Source: Obrimoposthia wandeli
Lineage: Eukaryota
DNA length: 64,000 bases
Assembly (NCBI GenBank): GCA_977020255.1
Contig: CDROCS010000253.1
Location: 2,976,001-3,040,000 of the forward strand
Direction of reading: 5' to 3'
Part shown: one piece after another, positions 51,233-62,051 of the stretch
Numbering within the stretch: the stretch's first letter is position 1
How the letters are laid out: every line of letters starts with the position of its first letter
The notes under the pieces: model-generated
Seen by the model: only the letters and a program-made list of their open reading frames with translations
Databases searched by the model: none
Told to the model about the DNA's origin: nothing
Program-made: the position numbers and the translations under genes

Positions 51233-52033
51233 TTAAGAATCAAAGTTAACGCGCACTCTTTCAATAACTTTCTCGGTATCGACTATTTCTTTGGATTTTA
51301 TATGACTATCGATGGCATTTTTAAGGGCAATTAAAATACCCATGGCGATAAAGGCACCAGGTGGCAAAATAGCTAATAAGAATTGACTATCGAGTTGCAT
51401 CACTTCAATTCTAAGGACACTAGCCCACTCACCAAGTAATAAATTAGCACCATCAAAAAGTGTTCCTTGCCCAAGTATTTCTCTTATTACGCCGAGTAAA
51501 ATTAAGATAATGGCAAAACCTGATCCCATCATTAATCCATCAAAGGCTGATTGTTTAATTGGATTTTTTGAAGCATAGGCTTCAGCTCGGCCAATAATGG
51601 CGCAGTTAGTCACGATTAAAGGCAGGAAAATGCCTAATGATTGATAAATACCGTAGGTAAAAGCATTCATCAACAGTTGTACGCAGGTGACGAAAGATGC
51701 AATGATTAAAACAAAAATAGGTATACGAATTTCTTTAGGTACCCAATGACGGATTGCCGATACGGTAACATTGGAACAGATGAGTACCAACATGGTTGCA
51801 AGACCAAGACCTAAAGCATTGGTCACGGTTGACGTTACGGCGAGTAAAGGACACAAACCAAGCAGTTGCACTAAGCCTGGGTTATTTTTCCATAAGCCTT
51901 GTATAGCTAACTCTTTATATTCTGCCTTAAGCGCTGCAGCAGTTTGCAACTTTTCAGCTGCTTTATCCTGCTCTTCAATGTTATCAGTAATATCAGCGTC
52001 ATTACTACTTTGTGGTGCTATTTCATTGCTCAT
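51233..52033 (-). CDS. rsxE: Rnf/Rsx complex subunit E
   Basis: [22 protein letters not shown]. Confidence 0.95.
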   Translation of the reverse strand: MSNEIAPQSSNDADITDNIEEQDKAAEKLQTAAALKAEYKELAIQGLWKNNPGLVQLLGLCPLLAVTSTVTNALGLGLATMLVLICSNVTVSAIRHWVPKEIRIPIFVLIIASFVTCVQLLMNAFTYGIYQSLGIFLPLIVTNCAIIGRAEAYASKNPIKQSAFDGLMMGSGFAIILILLGVIREILGQGTLFDGANLLLGEWASVLRIEVMQLDSQFLLAILPPGAFIAMGILIALKNAIDSHIKSKEIVDTEKVIERVRVNFDS

Positions 52034-52784
52034 TAGCAGCCTCGTTAATTTGTGGTGTTGTCGATGTTGGTGTAGCTATTGATGTCAGTTTAGGCGTAGC
52101 CTTAAGCGTAGTTAAGGCTTCACCACAGGCATTAGGACGAGGTATTAAACTGCCTTTGTGCTCATTAAAGTAATTCAGTGTGCTTTTAACACCTTTTACT
52201 ACTGCACGCGGCGTAATGGTCGCCCCAGTAAATTGATCAAACATGCCGCCATCTTTACTTACTGCCCAGCGTCTATCATCGTCTGAAAGTATGCGTTTAC
52301 CGGTAAAACTAGTGATCCAATCACTTTTCCGCATTTCTATTTTGTCACCTAAACCAGGTGTTTCTTGGTGTTTGAGCACTCGAACACCACTGACAGAGCC
52401 GTCATTGTTGATAGCCATAATAAAATCAATATTACCATTATAGCCTTGTGGCGCGGTACTGGTTATGGCGACGGCAATGACTTGTCCTGCTTTTCTTGCA
52501 ATATAGGCCGTTTTAACTTTATTTGAACCCAACTCGGGCGAACTCATCATAATACAATCATTGGCGATGTCGTTGTCATAACGACTTGGTTCTATAATGC
52601 TATGTAATGTTCTTAGTAGTTGTTGTTGTTCTTGAACTTTTATTCGATCTTTAGTGAGTTCACTCACTAAACTAACAGCAAAAGTACAAGCAATAGCAAA
52701 AAGCGCAAGGATTTTGGTGTTTTTAGAGATGGCAATAGTTAGTGGTGACTTGCCTTGTGTAGAGTCAATTTTATCAGTCATCAC
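52023..52784 (-). CDS. rsxG: Rnf/Rsx complex subunit G
   Basis: [23 protein letters not shown] (FMN site). Confidence 0.95.
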   Translation of the reverse strand: MMTDKIDSTQGKSPLTIAISKNTKILALFAIACTFAVSLVSELTKDRIKVQEQQQLLRTLHSIIEPSRYDNDIANDCIMMSSPELGSNKVKTAYIARKAGQVIAVAITSTAPQGYNGNIDFIMAINNDGSVSGVRVLKHQETPGLGDKIEMRKSDWITSFTGKRILSDDDRRWAVSKDGGMFDQFTGATITPRAVVKGVKSTLNYFNEHKGSLIPRPNACGEALTTLKATPKLTSIATPTSTTPQINEAANEQ

Positions 52785-53842
52785 TTATCTCCCTTTTGGT
52801 GGCCATAGGTGCGAGGGCGAGTATATTGATCTATCAACGGGGCAGACATATTACAGAGTAAAATAGCAAAAGCGACACCATCAGGGTAACCACCGGCCGT
52901 GCGGATTAAATAAACTAATAAGCCTGCTAACAAGCCAACAATGACTCGACCTTTATTACTGGTCGCACCGGTTACCGGGTCTGTTAGAATAAAAAAGGCA
53001 CCGAGCATAGTTGCACCAGAAAACCAGTGGAACATAGTTGAAGCGCTGCTATCTGGGCTGATGCTATAGCCGATAAAAGAGCAGATAAATAAGCTTAATA
53101 AAAAGCTTATTGGTGTTTGCCAAGCAATGGCTTTTCTTGAAATGAGAAATAGTCCACCTAATAAAAACCCAGCATTTACCCACTCCCAACCTAAAGCAAG
53201 GTTTTCACCAAAAACAGGGCTTTTTATACTTTCAAGCACAGTTAAACCTAAGCTGGTGTTCGTTTTTAGGGTATCAAGCGGCGTTGCCATAGTGAATCCG
53301 TCAATACTGGTACGTATTTGTTCTACTGAATAACCTTCAACGCTAAAGCCCGTTAAAATGGTTGTTAAGGTATTGGTGAAATTTAGATCTACAGCGACTA
53401 ATGTTAGTGGTGGTTGCCAGAGTGTCATTTGCAAAGGAAAAGACACTAATAACATGACATAGCCAGCCATAGCAGGATTAAATGGGTTATGACCTAGTCC
53501 ACCATAAAGTTGCTTAACAATGACAATGGCAAACATTGTGCCAATAACCGAGATCCACCAAGGAGCTAATGCCGGTAAACATATGCCGAGTAACAGCGCG
53601 GTTAACAATGCACTACCGTCAAATAATTCATGGGAAATGGGTTTTTTACGCAATGACAGTACGGTAAATTCACAAATAATTGCGGTTGTCATGGCTAAGC
53701 CAATGTGAATTAAATTTCCCCAACCAAAAAAATACCACTGGGCTAAAACGCCGGGCAAGGTTGCGTAGATCACCAAACGCATTAAGTTAGGTGTTTTCGT
53801 GTGGTTATGGTTATGTGGTGAACTTGCTATCCAAAATGCCAT
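52781..53842 (-). CDS. rsxD: Rnf/Rsx complex subunit D
   Basis: SSPH, GGLGHNPFNPA, TMATPLD, TDPVT. Confidence 0.95.
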   Translation of the reverse strand: MAFWIASSPHNHNHTKTPNLMRLVIYATLPGVLAQWYFFGWGNLIHIGLAMTTAIICEFTVLSLRKKPISHELFDGSALLTALLLGICLPALAPWWISVIGTMFAIVIVKQLYGGLGHNPFNPAMAGYVMLLVSFPLQMTLWQPPLTLVAVDLNFTNTLTTILTGFSVEGYSVEQIRTSIDGFTMATPLDTLKTNTSLGLTVLESIKSPVFGENLALGWEWVNAGFLLGGLFLISRKAIAWQTPISFLLSLFICSFIGYSISPDSSASTMFHWFSGATMLGAFFILTDPVTGATSNKGRVIVGLLAGLLVYLIRTAGGYPDGVAFAILLCNMSAPLIDQYTRPRTYGHQKGDK

Positions 53843-53914
53843 TATTTATATCGACTCGTCGGGTTGTTTCGCTGATAAATGTCTATTCGAGTTTGTTTTT
53901 CTTTACTCATGCTT

Positions 53915-56086
53915 TTACACGCTGTCTTGGTCATTTTGTTCAACCATACTGGCTTCTTTTAGTTTCTTCTTTGCTTTGGCCTTAGCAATGGCGGCAGCTA
54001 TTTTTGCTTTTTTATCATCAGCACTTACTGTCTTTTCAGTGGAAGCGTCGTCGGGCGATTTTTCTACGTCAGGCGCTTCAGCTAATTTACTGAGTTTCTT
54101 TGCTTTGGCCTTAGCAATGGCGGCAGCTATTTTTGCTTTTTTATCATCAGCACTTACTGTCTTTTCAGTGGAAGCGTCGTCGGGCGATTTTTCTACGTCA
54201 TTCGCTTCAGTTAATTTACTGAGTTTCTTTGCTTTGGCTTTAGCGATGGCGGCAGCTATTTTTGCTTTTTTATCATCAACATTAGCTTGCTGAGTTGAAG
54301 CCGACTTGTTTTCAACTACTTTGTCTTCTACTGACCTATCGACAATATCATCACTACTTGCCGGTTGTTGAGCCGCTTCTGTTTTAAGCTTCTTCTTTGC
54401 TTTGGCTCGAGCAATTGCAGCTGCAACTTGAGATTTCTGGTCATCGGCAATATCGGCAGACAAATTAACTTGTGGCTCAGGTGTATTGGCTTGGCCTTGA
54501 CTTTGCTCTTGATCTTTTGAGGCTTTTTTAGCTTTTACACGCGCAAGTGCAGCGGCAACGGCAGATTTAGCACCCGTGGCTTCAGGCGTCGCTTTATTCA
54601 TGGCTGCTTTACGGGCAGCAGCCGCTTTTTTGTGTTTCTCTTGACGAGCTATTTTTTCTTTTTCTAAGCGTAATTTACGTGCTTCAAAGCGAATTTTGGC
54701 TTTTTCAGCTTTTACATCTAACTGTTGCTGCTCACGTATTTCAGCTTTAGCAATGCGGTAATAATGCACTAGAGGAATTTGGCTCGGGCAAACATAGGCG
54801 CAGGCGCCACAATCGATACAATCACTTAAATTAAGCTTTTTTAATTGTGCGTGATCTTTAGCTTTTGCACTCCATTGCAATTCTTGCGGGAGTAATTGGC
54901 TAGGACATACATCGCTACATTGACCACAACGAATACATTCAACTTCATTACTTTCTTTTTCAAAAGCACTCGGCATTTCTGTTTTACTGGGTACTAAAAT
55001 ACAGTTACTGGTTTTAACAATAGGGACTAGCTCACTAAATACACTAAAGCCCATCATAGGACCGCCCATGATCACCGGCTGCTTTTGATTGCCAATGTCT
55101 TGCACACTACATTGTTCAAGCAAGAAATTAATTGGCGTGCCAAGTAATGCCCAAACATTTTGTGGTTTATTTAACGCTTGTCCAGTTACTGTCACAACAC
55201 GACGAATAAGGGGAGTGTCGTGTCTAACTGCTTCATTAATAGCAAAACAAGTAGCAACGTTTTGCATGACAATACCATCATGAATGGGCAGTCTACCTGA
55301 AGTGACCTCTTGACCTGTTAAAATTTGAATCAGCTGCCTCTCACCACCGGTAGGATACTTGGTAGGCACGATGCAAACTTTGATTTTTTCAATAGCTGCA
55401 GTGGCTTGTTGCAGCGCCTTAATTGCTTTAGGTTTATTGTCTTCTATGCCAATTAAAATAAAGGAAGGTGTTAACAGCTTATCAAGGATCTTTATGCCAT
55501 CAACAATAGCGTTACTTTGCTCCATCATTAACAAGTCATCAGCGGTGATGTAGGGCTCACATTCTGCGCCGTTAATGATAAGAAAGTTAATATTAGGCTT
55601 GCTGCTTACTTTTATATGGGTAGGAAAACCAGCGCCGCCCATGCCAGCAATACCAGCATCAGCAATTTTTTCAATTATTTCACTGTTAGATAGCTGTTCG
55701 ATATCGTGACAAACATCTCTTTTACGCCAAGTGTCCTCGCCATCTACATCGAGGAATATACACAATTGACTCAAACCTGAAGGATGGGCAATTATCGATG
55801 TTTTGATCGCACTGATAGTACCACTAGTCGGTGCATGAATTGGCACTACCATAGGGTTTGTACTTAACGTTAGCGCTTGCCCTTTTAATACGTGTTCACC
55901 GATGCTTATCAGTAAATCACCTTCTCGGCCGATATGCTGTTGCAGAGGGATAATTAATTGTTTTGGTAAAACAAGCTGTTTGATAGGCTTGTTTGAAGTA
56001 AGAAACTTTTGTTCAGGGGGATGAATGCCGCCATGAAAATCCCAAAAGTGCCCACGCGTGATACGTTCTACTACTGATTCCACCAT
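53915..56086 (-). CDS. rsxC: Rnf/Rsx complex subunit C
   Basis: FHGGIHPP, GMGGAGFPT, NGAECEPY, two 4Fe-4S motifs, Ala/Lys-rich tail. Confidence 0.96.
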   Translation of the reverse strand: MVESVVERITRGHFWDFHGGIHPPEQKFLTSNKPIKQLVLPKQLIIPLQQHIGREGDLLISIGEHVLKGQALTLSTNPMVVPIHAPTSGTISAIKTSIIAHPSGLSQLCIFLDVDGEDTWRKRDVCHDIEQLSNSEIIEKIADAGIAGMGGAGFPTHIKVSSKPNINFLIINGAECEPYITADDLLMMEQSNAIVDGIKILDKLLTPSFILIGIEDNKPKAIKALQQATAAIEKIKVCIVPTKYPTGGERQLIQILTGQEVTSGRLPIHDGIVMQNVATCFAINEAVRHDTPLIRRVVTVTGQALNKPQNVWALLGTPINFLLEQCSVQDIGNQKQPVIMGGPMMGFSVFSELVPIVKTSNCILVPSKTEMPSAFEKESNEVECIRCGQCSDVCPSQLLPQELQWSAKAKDHAQLKKLNLSDCIDCGACAYVCPSQIPLVHYYRIAKAEIREQQQLDVKAEKAKIRFEARKLRLEKEKIARQEKHKKAAAARKAAMNKATPEATGAKSAVAAALARVKAKKASKDQEQSQGQANTPEPQVNLSADIADDQKSQVAAAIARAKAKKKLKTEAAQQPASSDDIVDRSVEDKVVENKSASTQQANVDDKKAKIAAAIAKAKAKKLSKLTEANDVEKSPDDASTEKTVSADDKKAKIAAAIAKAKAKKLSKLAEAPDVEKSPDDASTEKTVSADDKKAKIAAAIAKAKAKKKLKEASMVEQNDQDSV
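53966..54278 (-). repeat. 120-bp tandem repeat in the RsxC tail (KKAKIAAAIAKAKAKK units)
   Basis: About 2.5 near-identical units. Confidence 0.9.
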
Positions 56087-56092
56087 ATTCTC

Positions 56093-56662
56093 CTAATCCA
56101 GTTGCTTTACTGGAATACTGGTTAAATCCCATTGCCAATTATGAATAGTATCTGGCAATTCACGCATTTCAATACAATCTACTGGGCAGGGAGCAACGCA
56201 TAAGTCACAACCCGTACACTCATCTATGATAATGGTATGCATTTGCTTTGCTGCGCCGATAATGGCATCAACAGGGCAAGCCTGTATACATTTAGTACAA
56301 CCGATACAATCTTCTTCAATAACAAAAGCAACTTTAGGGCGGTTACTTTTTGGGGCATCACCGCTAACATGACTATCATCAATAGGTTGTACTTCAACGC
56401 CCATTAAGTCTGCTATTTTCTTGATAGTATCTTCACCACCCGGCGCACATTTATTAATAGCCTCGCCATCGGCAACGGCTTGCGCGTATGGCTTACAACC
56501 TGGGTAGCCACATTGGCCACATTGAGTTTGAGGAAGTAGTGCATCAAGCTGATCAACTATGGGGTCGGCATCAACTTTAAAACGTACAGAGGCAAAACCT
56601 AATAGGGCACCAAAAATGGCAGCAATACTACCTAGAACAAGGATGGCAATAAGGATGTTCAT
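56093..56662 (-). CDS. rsxB: Rnf/Rsx complex subunit B
   Basis: [28 protein letters not shown]. Confidence 0.96.
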   Translation of the reverse strand: MNILIAILVLGSIAAIFGALLGFASVRFKVDADPIVDQLDALLPQTQCGQCGYPGCKPYAQAVADGEAINKCAPGGEDTIKKIADLMGVEVQPIDDSHVSGDAPKSNRPKVAFVIEEDCIGCTKCIQACPVDAIIGAAKQMHTIIIDECTGCDLCVAPCPVDCIEMRELPDTIHNWQWDLTSIPVKQLD

Positions 56663-56663
56663 G

Positions 56664-57245
56664 TTAAATTTTCACCAGACCGGTAAAACCAAGGAAAGCT
56701 AATGACATTAAACCAGCGGTTATCATCGCAATAGCAGTACCTTTAAAAGGTGCAGGTACATCAGCATTCGCTAACTTTTCACGCATGGCAGAAAACATGA
56801 TTAATACTAAGGAGAAACCTAGCGCAGCACCAAAGCCATAAATAATGGACTCAAAAAAGCCATGCTGTAATCGTAAATTAAGTAAGGCTACACCCAGTAC
56901 CGCACAGTTCGTGGTGATCAGCGGTAAGAAAATACCTAATAACCGATAAAGGCTGGCACTGGTTTTATGAACAACCATTTCAGTAAATTGCACCACGACG
57001 GCAATCACCAAAATAAAGCTCATGGTGGTAAGGTATTCAAGGTTGAGGGGGACAAGCAGGTATGTGGTCACTAAATAACTCAGCAGCGACGCTAAAGTCA
57101 TCACAAAAACAGTGGCGAATGACATGCCGATAGCTGTTTCAGTGCGTGAAGAAACACCCATAAATGGGCATAAGCCAAGAAATTGTACTAAAACAAAATT
57201 GTTTACGAGTACAGTGCCAACGAGTAGTAACAGGTAATCAGTCAT
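56664..57245 (-). CDS. rsxA: Rnf/Rsx complex subunit A
   Basis: [27 protein letters not shown]. Confidence 0.96.
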   Translation of the reverse strand: MTDYLLLLVGTVLVNNFVLVQFLGLCPFMGVSSRTETAIGMSFATVFVMTLASLLSYLVTTYLLVPLNLEYLTTMSFILVIAVVVQFTEMVVHKTSASLYRLLGIFLPLITTNCAVLGVALLNLRLQHGFFESIIYGFGAALGFSLVLIMFSAMREKLANADVPAPFKGTAIAMITAGLMSLAFLGFTGLVKI

Positions 57246-57493
57246 TTACTTTAAAGGTCATTAGGTTATTTATGATAATAATGCCGCTATTATCCGTGTT
57301 TTTACATTATTTAACAACACACCGGCAGTAGGGGTATTACGCTTTTATTCATTTTATTTGCTTTGAAATAACAAATGGTGCTTCTGTAAAAGCGGAATGA
57401 TAGTTTACACCCATTATCAATCAAGAGGTATGTTCCTGAACTTTGAATAGTAACGGGTACATCTGGTTTTATATCTTAGCAAGGGAGGGCTAA

Positions 57494-59398
57494 TTATAAT
57501 CGCGTGGGTTTTCCAACATAATAGCCCTGACAACCATCGATAAATAGTTTTTCTAATGTGTGTTTCTCTTCTTGGCTTTCAACACTTTCAGCTAATACGC
57601 TAATGCCAAGTCTATGGGCTAAATCAACCATCAAACGTAAGAAGTATTGGTTGTTCTTATCCTCATCAATATCTCGCGTGTAAGAACTGTCCATTTTAAT
57701 GTAGTCAGGTGTCAAATCTCTGAAGAACTTAAATGAAGTTAAACCAACGCCAAATCGCTCTACCGTAACTCTTGAACCGACACGGTGTAACATGTCAACT
57801 AAGCGTTTAGCCGTTTTAATATTTTGTTGCAGGCCTAGCTCTGATATTTCAAAGACTAATCGAGAGGCTGCAACAGGTTCGCGCAGTAATTTACGTTCTA
57901 GCCAGATCATAAAATGCTCATTGTTAATACTACGAGGACTAATATTGATACCATAACTACTTTCTAGCATGTTTTTGTTGGTTATCTCTTTAATGGCAGT
58001 GTCTATGATGAGTCGATCTATTTCGGTTATTTTGTCGAGCTTTTCGGCCATAGCAATAAAGGTGGTTGTAGGTAACATGTCATTGTTGGCATTAAGAAAG
58101 CGCGCTAATATTTCTCCGTATACGCGACTATTACGACCACTTGGTTGGATGGGTTGTAATAATAAGCTAATACGACCAGCCTCTAAGACGCTATCTATCT
58201 CTTGTCGCCAGTTTTGATTGCCAAAGCTCGCGCTAGTATCGGTTAAAATATCAATGTCTTTTTGCGAATACCATGAGTTTACTTTTTGTGTTTGCGCAAC
58301 ACTTACGCCAGTATCGGCTAACGCTAATAGTTCTCCTAACGGCTTTGACTTATCAAAATAAACTAAACCAGTAAAGGCTATAGAGTCTAAGTCATTAATT
58401 TGCTGGTAGTCATTAAACTTAAGCGTTAACTCGCTTGCATAGTCTTCAGCTACTTTTAGTTTCACGTTAGGCAATATAGTGGCAAAGTCAGAACTGTTTA
58501 AACGGAAAATTTTTCCACTAGGTCTTGTTGCTAAAGCATCTTTTACTATCTCAGCAATCTTTAAAATGTAGTTGTCACCTGAGTTATAACCATGGACCTG
58601 ATTAATGGTCTGTAGTTCAGAACAACGAGTGATAAGCAGAACACCAAAATTAACAGGACTGTCATTTACAATTTCATTTTCATAAAACTGCACAAATCGA
58701 TTACGGTTATCAATGCCCGTTAAACTATCAACATGTGCTTCTATTTCTAAACGGGTCGTATTTTTAAATTGCTCTGTCATCATCGACTTGATTTCAGCAA
58801 TCCCTTCTTCTAAAGCAGGAATTTGCAGTAGTTGTTCATTATCACTTTCTTTAGTAATGAAATCTGAATGATTAATTTGTGCTAGTTCTTTACTAATTTG
58901 TTTGCTAATGACACTAAAAATAGTCAATTGTAATTTATAATTATTTCTTGCTGAAATAAAAATAAATATAGTTGATAACGCAATAACACCGATAAATAGT
59001 TGCGTTAGCAGATTAAGTATTCCACTAAAATTTAATTGATATTGCACTTGTAAATTAAGTGCTTCTAGCGAAATTGTGGTGGGTATTGCTAAAAAAGAAT
59101 CAAGTGGGTGAATTTGATTTTTTTGATCATTAACCAGTATTAGCGCATCACGTTTAATCATTAATGTTTGGTAATCGTCGCTGGCATTTAAAAGAGTGGC
59201 TAACTTAGTAGCCATTTTTTGCACAGAACTATCATTTTCAACAAATTGCTGACTTAGCGTTTGAATATTTTGTTGTTGTGTTAGTGTTTGCTGATTCGCA
59301 TAGGTACTTAGCAAAAAAAATGCAATGCTCCCTAAAGCGATTATAAAAACTAACGCAAATAATGTACTTTTGAGAAATAACTTAGAAAACTTATACAT
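57494..59398 (-). CDS. Membrane-anchored degenerate GGDEF-EAL protein (CsrD/LapD-like)
   Basis: RLNSSDF replaces GGDEF; EIL and ERFG replace EAL and DDFG. Confidence 0.8.
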   Translation of the reverse strand: MYKFSKLFLKSTLFALVFIIALGSIAFFLLSTYANQQTLTQQQNIQTLSQQFVENDSSVQKMATKLATLLNASDDYQTLMIKRDALILVNDQKNQIHPLDSFLAIPTTISLEALNLQVQYQLNFSGILNLLTQLFIGVIALSTIFIFISARNNYKLQLTIFSVISKQISKELAQINHSDFITKESDNEQLLQIPALEEGIAEIKSMMTEQFKNTTRLEIEAHVDSLTGIDNRNRFVQFYENEIVNDSPVNFGVLLITRCSELQTINQVHGYNSGDNYILKIAEIVKDALATRPSGKIFRLNSSDFATILPNVKLKVAEDYASELTLKFNDYQQINDLDSIAFTGLVYFDKSKPLGELLALADTGVSVAQTQKVNSWYSQKDIDILTDTSASFGNQNWRQEIDSVLEAGRISLLLQPIQPSGRNSRVYGEILARFLNANNDMLPTTTFIAMAEKLDKITEIDRLIIDTAIKEITNKNMLESSYGINISPRSINNEHFMIWLERKLLREPVAASRLVFEISELGLQQNIKTAKRLVDMLHRVGSRVTVERFGVGLTSFKFFRDLTPDYIKMDSSYTRDIDEDKNNQYFLRLMVDLAHRLGISVLAESVESQEEKHTLEKLFIDGCQGYYVGKPTRL

Positions 59399-59624
59399 GA
59401 TAAAATTGAATGCTCCGTTTGAAACCTATCAAGGGGTAAAGACATACTGTATATATCAGTGCTAGTTTTCGTATGAAATGATAGGAATATTAATAGCTAT
59501 ATTATAAGGTCAATACTAACATATTGTAAAATATAAATTAATTTTAGCTATTATTTCCTCGTTATTATTAAGGTTGATATTGTAAAAATAAATTACTTTT
59601 CTAATCGATAATGCTTAATCCCTC

Positions 59625-59653
59625 TTGCGCTTGTTGGCGAGCCACTATATAAT
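59625..59653 (+). promoter_or_regulatory. sigma70 promoter upstream of the rimP operon
   Basis: TTGCGC-17 bp-TATAAT followed by a GC-richer discriminator. Confidence 0.75.
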
Positions 59654-59891
59654 TTGCCACAATAGAACTTAGTAAGATGTCACTGAATAAACTCACGTAC
59701 ACAATCACGTAGATAGTACTGTTTATATTCTTACTAATATTATTGATAGCTTCGCTATTAATAACCGGATTAAATTGCTTTTTTTGTTTAATCTAGGGGG
59801 AAAACAGTGAAATAAGCCCCTAACTTGGGGTTTTTTGTTTTTTAAAGCGTATAAATTACGCAATTAAAGACAAATACAGCAAATTTTCGCT

Positions 59892-59911
59892 GGGCTATAT
59901 GCCCTTTTTTT
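59892..59911 (+). promoter_or_regulatory. rimP-leader attenuator hairpin
   Basis: GGGCtatatGCCC + T tract upstream of rimP (the described GGGc..gCCC leader motif). Confidence 0.7.
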
Positions 59912-59977
59912 ATATCTAAAATTTATATTGTACTGCTTATGTATTTATCATAAGCGTAGAGTAACAGGAGAACACGC

Positions 59978-60433
59978 TTGGCTAAATTTGAGCAAAAACT
60001 AACTGAATTATTAAGACCTGCAGTTGAAGAAACTGGCAAAACTTTGCGAGGCATTGAATATCTCAGTGCGGGCAACAACTCAGTTTTACGTTTGTTTATT
60101 GACCATGAAAATGGCATTAATGTTGACGACTGTGCAGAAGTGAGCCGTCAAGTTGGTGCAATATTAGATGTAGAAGACCCCATTAGCAGTGAATATAGCT
60201 TAGAAGTTTCATCACCAGGTGTTGATTGTCCATTATTTGAATTAGCACATTTTCAAGAAGTTATTGGTGAAACGATTAATCTAAGACTATCGATGCCTTT
60301 AAACGGTCGTCGTAAGTTTAAAGGGCCATTAGTTGCCATCGAAAATGATACGTTAATAGTACAAGTAGATAGCATCGATTATGAACTTGCTATCAGTAAC
60401 GTAGATAAAGCGAACCTTGTCGCAAAATTATAA
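59978..60433 (+). CDS. rimP: Ribosome maturation factor RimP
   Basis: LRLFID, DDCAEVSRQV-LDVEDPI-Y-LEVSSPG; TTG start. Confidence 0.95.
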   Translation: MAKFEQKLTELLRPAVEETGKTLRGIEYLSAGNNSVLRLFIDHENGINVDDCAEVSRQVGAILDVEDPISSEYSLEVSSPGVDCPLFELAHFQEVIGETINLRLSMPLNGRRKFKGPLVAIENDTLIVQVDSIDYELAISNVDKANLVAKL

Positions 60434-60536
60434 ACTTTAAATAGATGTACCCAAACCACATGAGTATGCCTGAAATACGCAGCTTCAAGTGCTTTGGGTA
60501 TATAAAACAGTTAACATAAATTAAAGGCTAAGTAGC

Positions 60537-62030
60537 ATGAGTAAGGAAATATTACTGGTTGTTGATGCTGTTTCTAATGAAAAAGCATTACCAAGAGAAA
60601 GCATTTTTGAGGCGATGGAAACCGCTTTAGAAACAGCTACCAAGAAAAAATACGAAGGAGACATTATTGTACGTGTCAGCATTGACCGTATAAGTGGCGA
60701 ATTTGAAACTTTCCGTCGTTGGTTAATCATTGAAGATGGCGTACCGATGGAAAACCCATATGCTGAAATTGGTTTAGCTGCTGCACAATATGATGCCCCT
60801 GAATTAAATGTCGGCGATTATTCTGAAGATCAAATTGAGTCAGTAACATTTGACCGTGTGACTACACAAACAGCTAAACAAGTTATCGTTCAAAAGATAC
60901 GTGAAGCTGAACGTGCTTTAGTGACTGAAGCTTATCAAGAGCACTTAGGTGAGATTGTTACCGGTGTTGTTAAAAAAGCTAGCCGTGAGAGTGTCATTGT
61001 TGATTTAGGTAATAACGCTGAAGCCGTTATTTATCGCGATGATATGTTGCCACGCGAAACATTTCGTCCAGGTGATCGTGTTCGTGGTTTATTGTATGAA
61101 ATTAAACCAGAAGCACGTGGAGCACAATTATTTTTAAGCCGTACTAAGCCTGAAATGTTAATTGAGCTTTTCCGTGTTGAGGTGCCTGAAATTGGCGAAG
61201 AAATGCTAGAAATTAAGGGTGCAGCTCGCGATCCTGGTTCTCGTGCTAAAATCTCCGTTAAAAGTAATGATAAACGTATTGACCCTGTTGGTGCTTGTGT
61301 TGGTATGCGTGGTTCACGTGTACAAGCCGTCTCTAGCGAGTTAGGTGGAGAACGTGTTGATATCGTATTATATGATGACAACGTTGCTCAATATGTCATT
61401 AATGCTATGTCACCTGCTGAAGTCGCTTCAATTATTGTTGATGAAGACAAAGGCACGATGGATATTGCTGTTGAAGAAGCAAATTTAGCTATGGCCATTG
61501 GCCGTAGTGGTCAAAATATTCGTTTAGCGAGCCAGTTAACTGGTTGGGAACTGAATGTTATGACTGTTGCTGACATGAAAGAGAAGCATCAGGCAGAAAA
61601 TGATAAAGTATTAAACTTGTTCATTGATAAGTTAGACCTTGATGAAGATTTTGCCGCATTACTAGCAGAAGAAGGCTTCACTTCATTAGAAGAGATTGCT
61701 TATGTACCTACAGCTGAAATGCTAGATATTGAAGGCCTGAATGAAGAAATCATTGAAGCGCTTCGTGAACGTGCTAAAGAAGCGTTAACCACACAAGCGC
61801 TAGCTAGCGAAGAAACTTTAGAAGGTTCAGAGCCAGCACAAGACCTACTTGACCTTGAAGGTTTAGAGCGTCACTTAGCCTTTGTTTTAGCAAGTCGAGG
61901 TGTTCGTACACTTGAAGACTTAGCTGAACAAGGTATCGATGAAATTAGCGATATTGAAGAATTAGATGAAACCAAAGCGGGTGAGCTAATCATGGCGGCG
62001 CGTAACATTTGTTGGTTTAACGAAGAATAA
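60537..62030 (+). CDS. nusA: Transcription factor NusA
   Basis: [22 protein letters not shown]-like [25 protein letters not shown]. Confidence 0.98.
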   Translation: MSKEILLVVDAVSNEKALPRESIFEAMETALETATKKKYEGDIIVRVSIDRISGEFETFRRWLIIEDGVPMENPYAEIGLAAAQYDAPELNVGDYSEDQIESVTFDRVTTQTAKQVIVQKIREAERALVTEAYQEHLGEIVTGVVKKASRESVIVDLGNNAEAVIYRDDMLPRETFRPGDRVRGLLYEIKPEARGAQLFLSRTKPEMLIELFRVEVPEIGEEMLEIKGAARDPGSRAKISVKSNDKRIDPVGACVGMRGSRVQAVSSELGGERVDIVLYDDNVAQYVINAMSPAEVASIIVDEDKGTMDIAVEEANLAMAIGRSGQNIRLASQLTGWELNVMTVADMKEKHQAENDKVLNLFIDKLDLDEDFAALLAEEGFTSLEEIAYVPTAEMLDIEGLNEEIIEALRERAKEALTTQALASEETLEGSEPAQDLLDLEGLERHLAFVLASRGVRTLEDLAEQGIDEISDIEELDETKAGELIMAARNICWFNEE

Positions 62031-62051
62031 TAACACCGGAGAATAATATAG

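Noticed and set aside
53799-54293. Plus-strand 164-aa hydrophobic repeat ORF
   Set aside because: Antisense shadow of the RsxC Ala/Lys repeat; such tails are normal for RsxC.
59660-59840. tRNA gene upstream of rimP
   Set aside because: No acceptor stem, T-loop or CCA pattern is recognisable.
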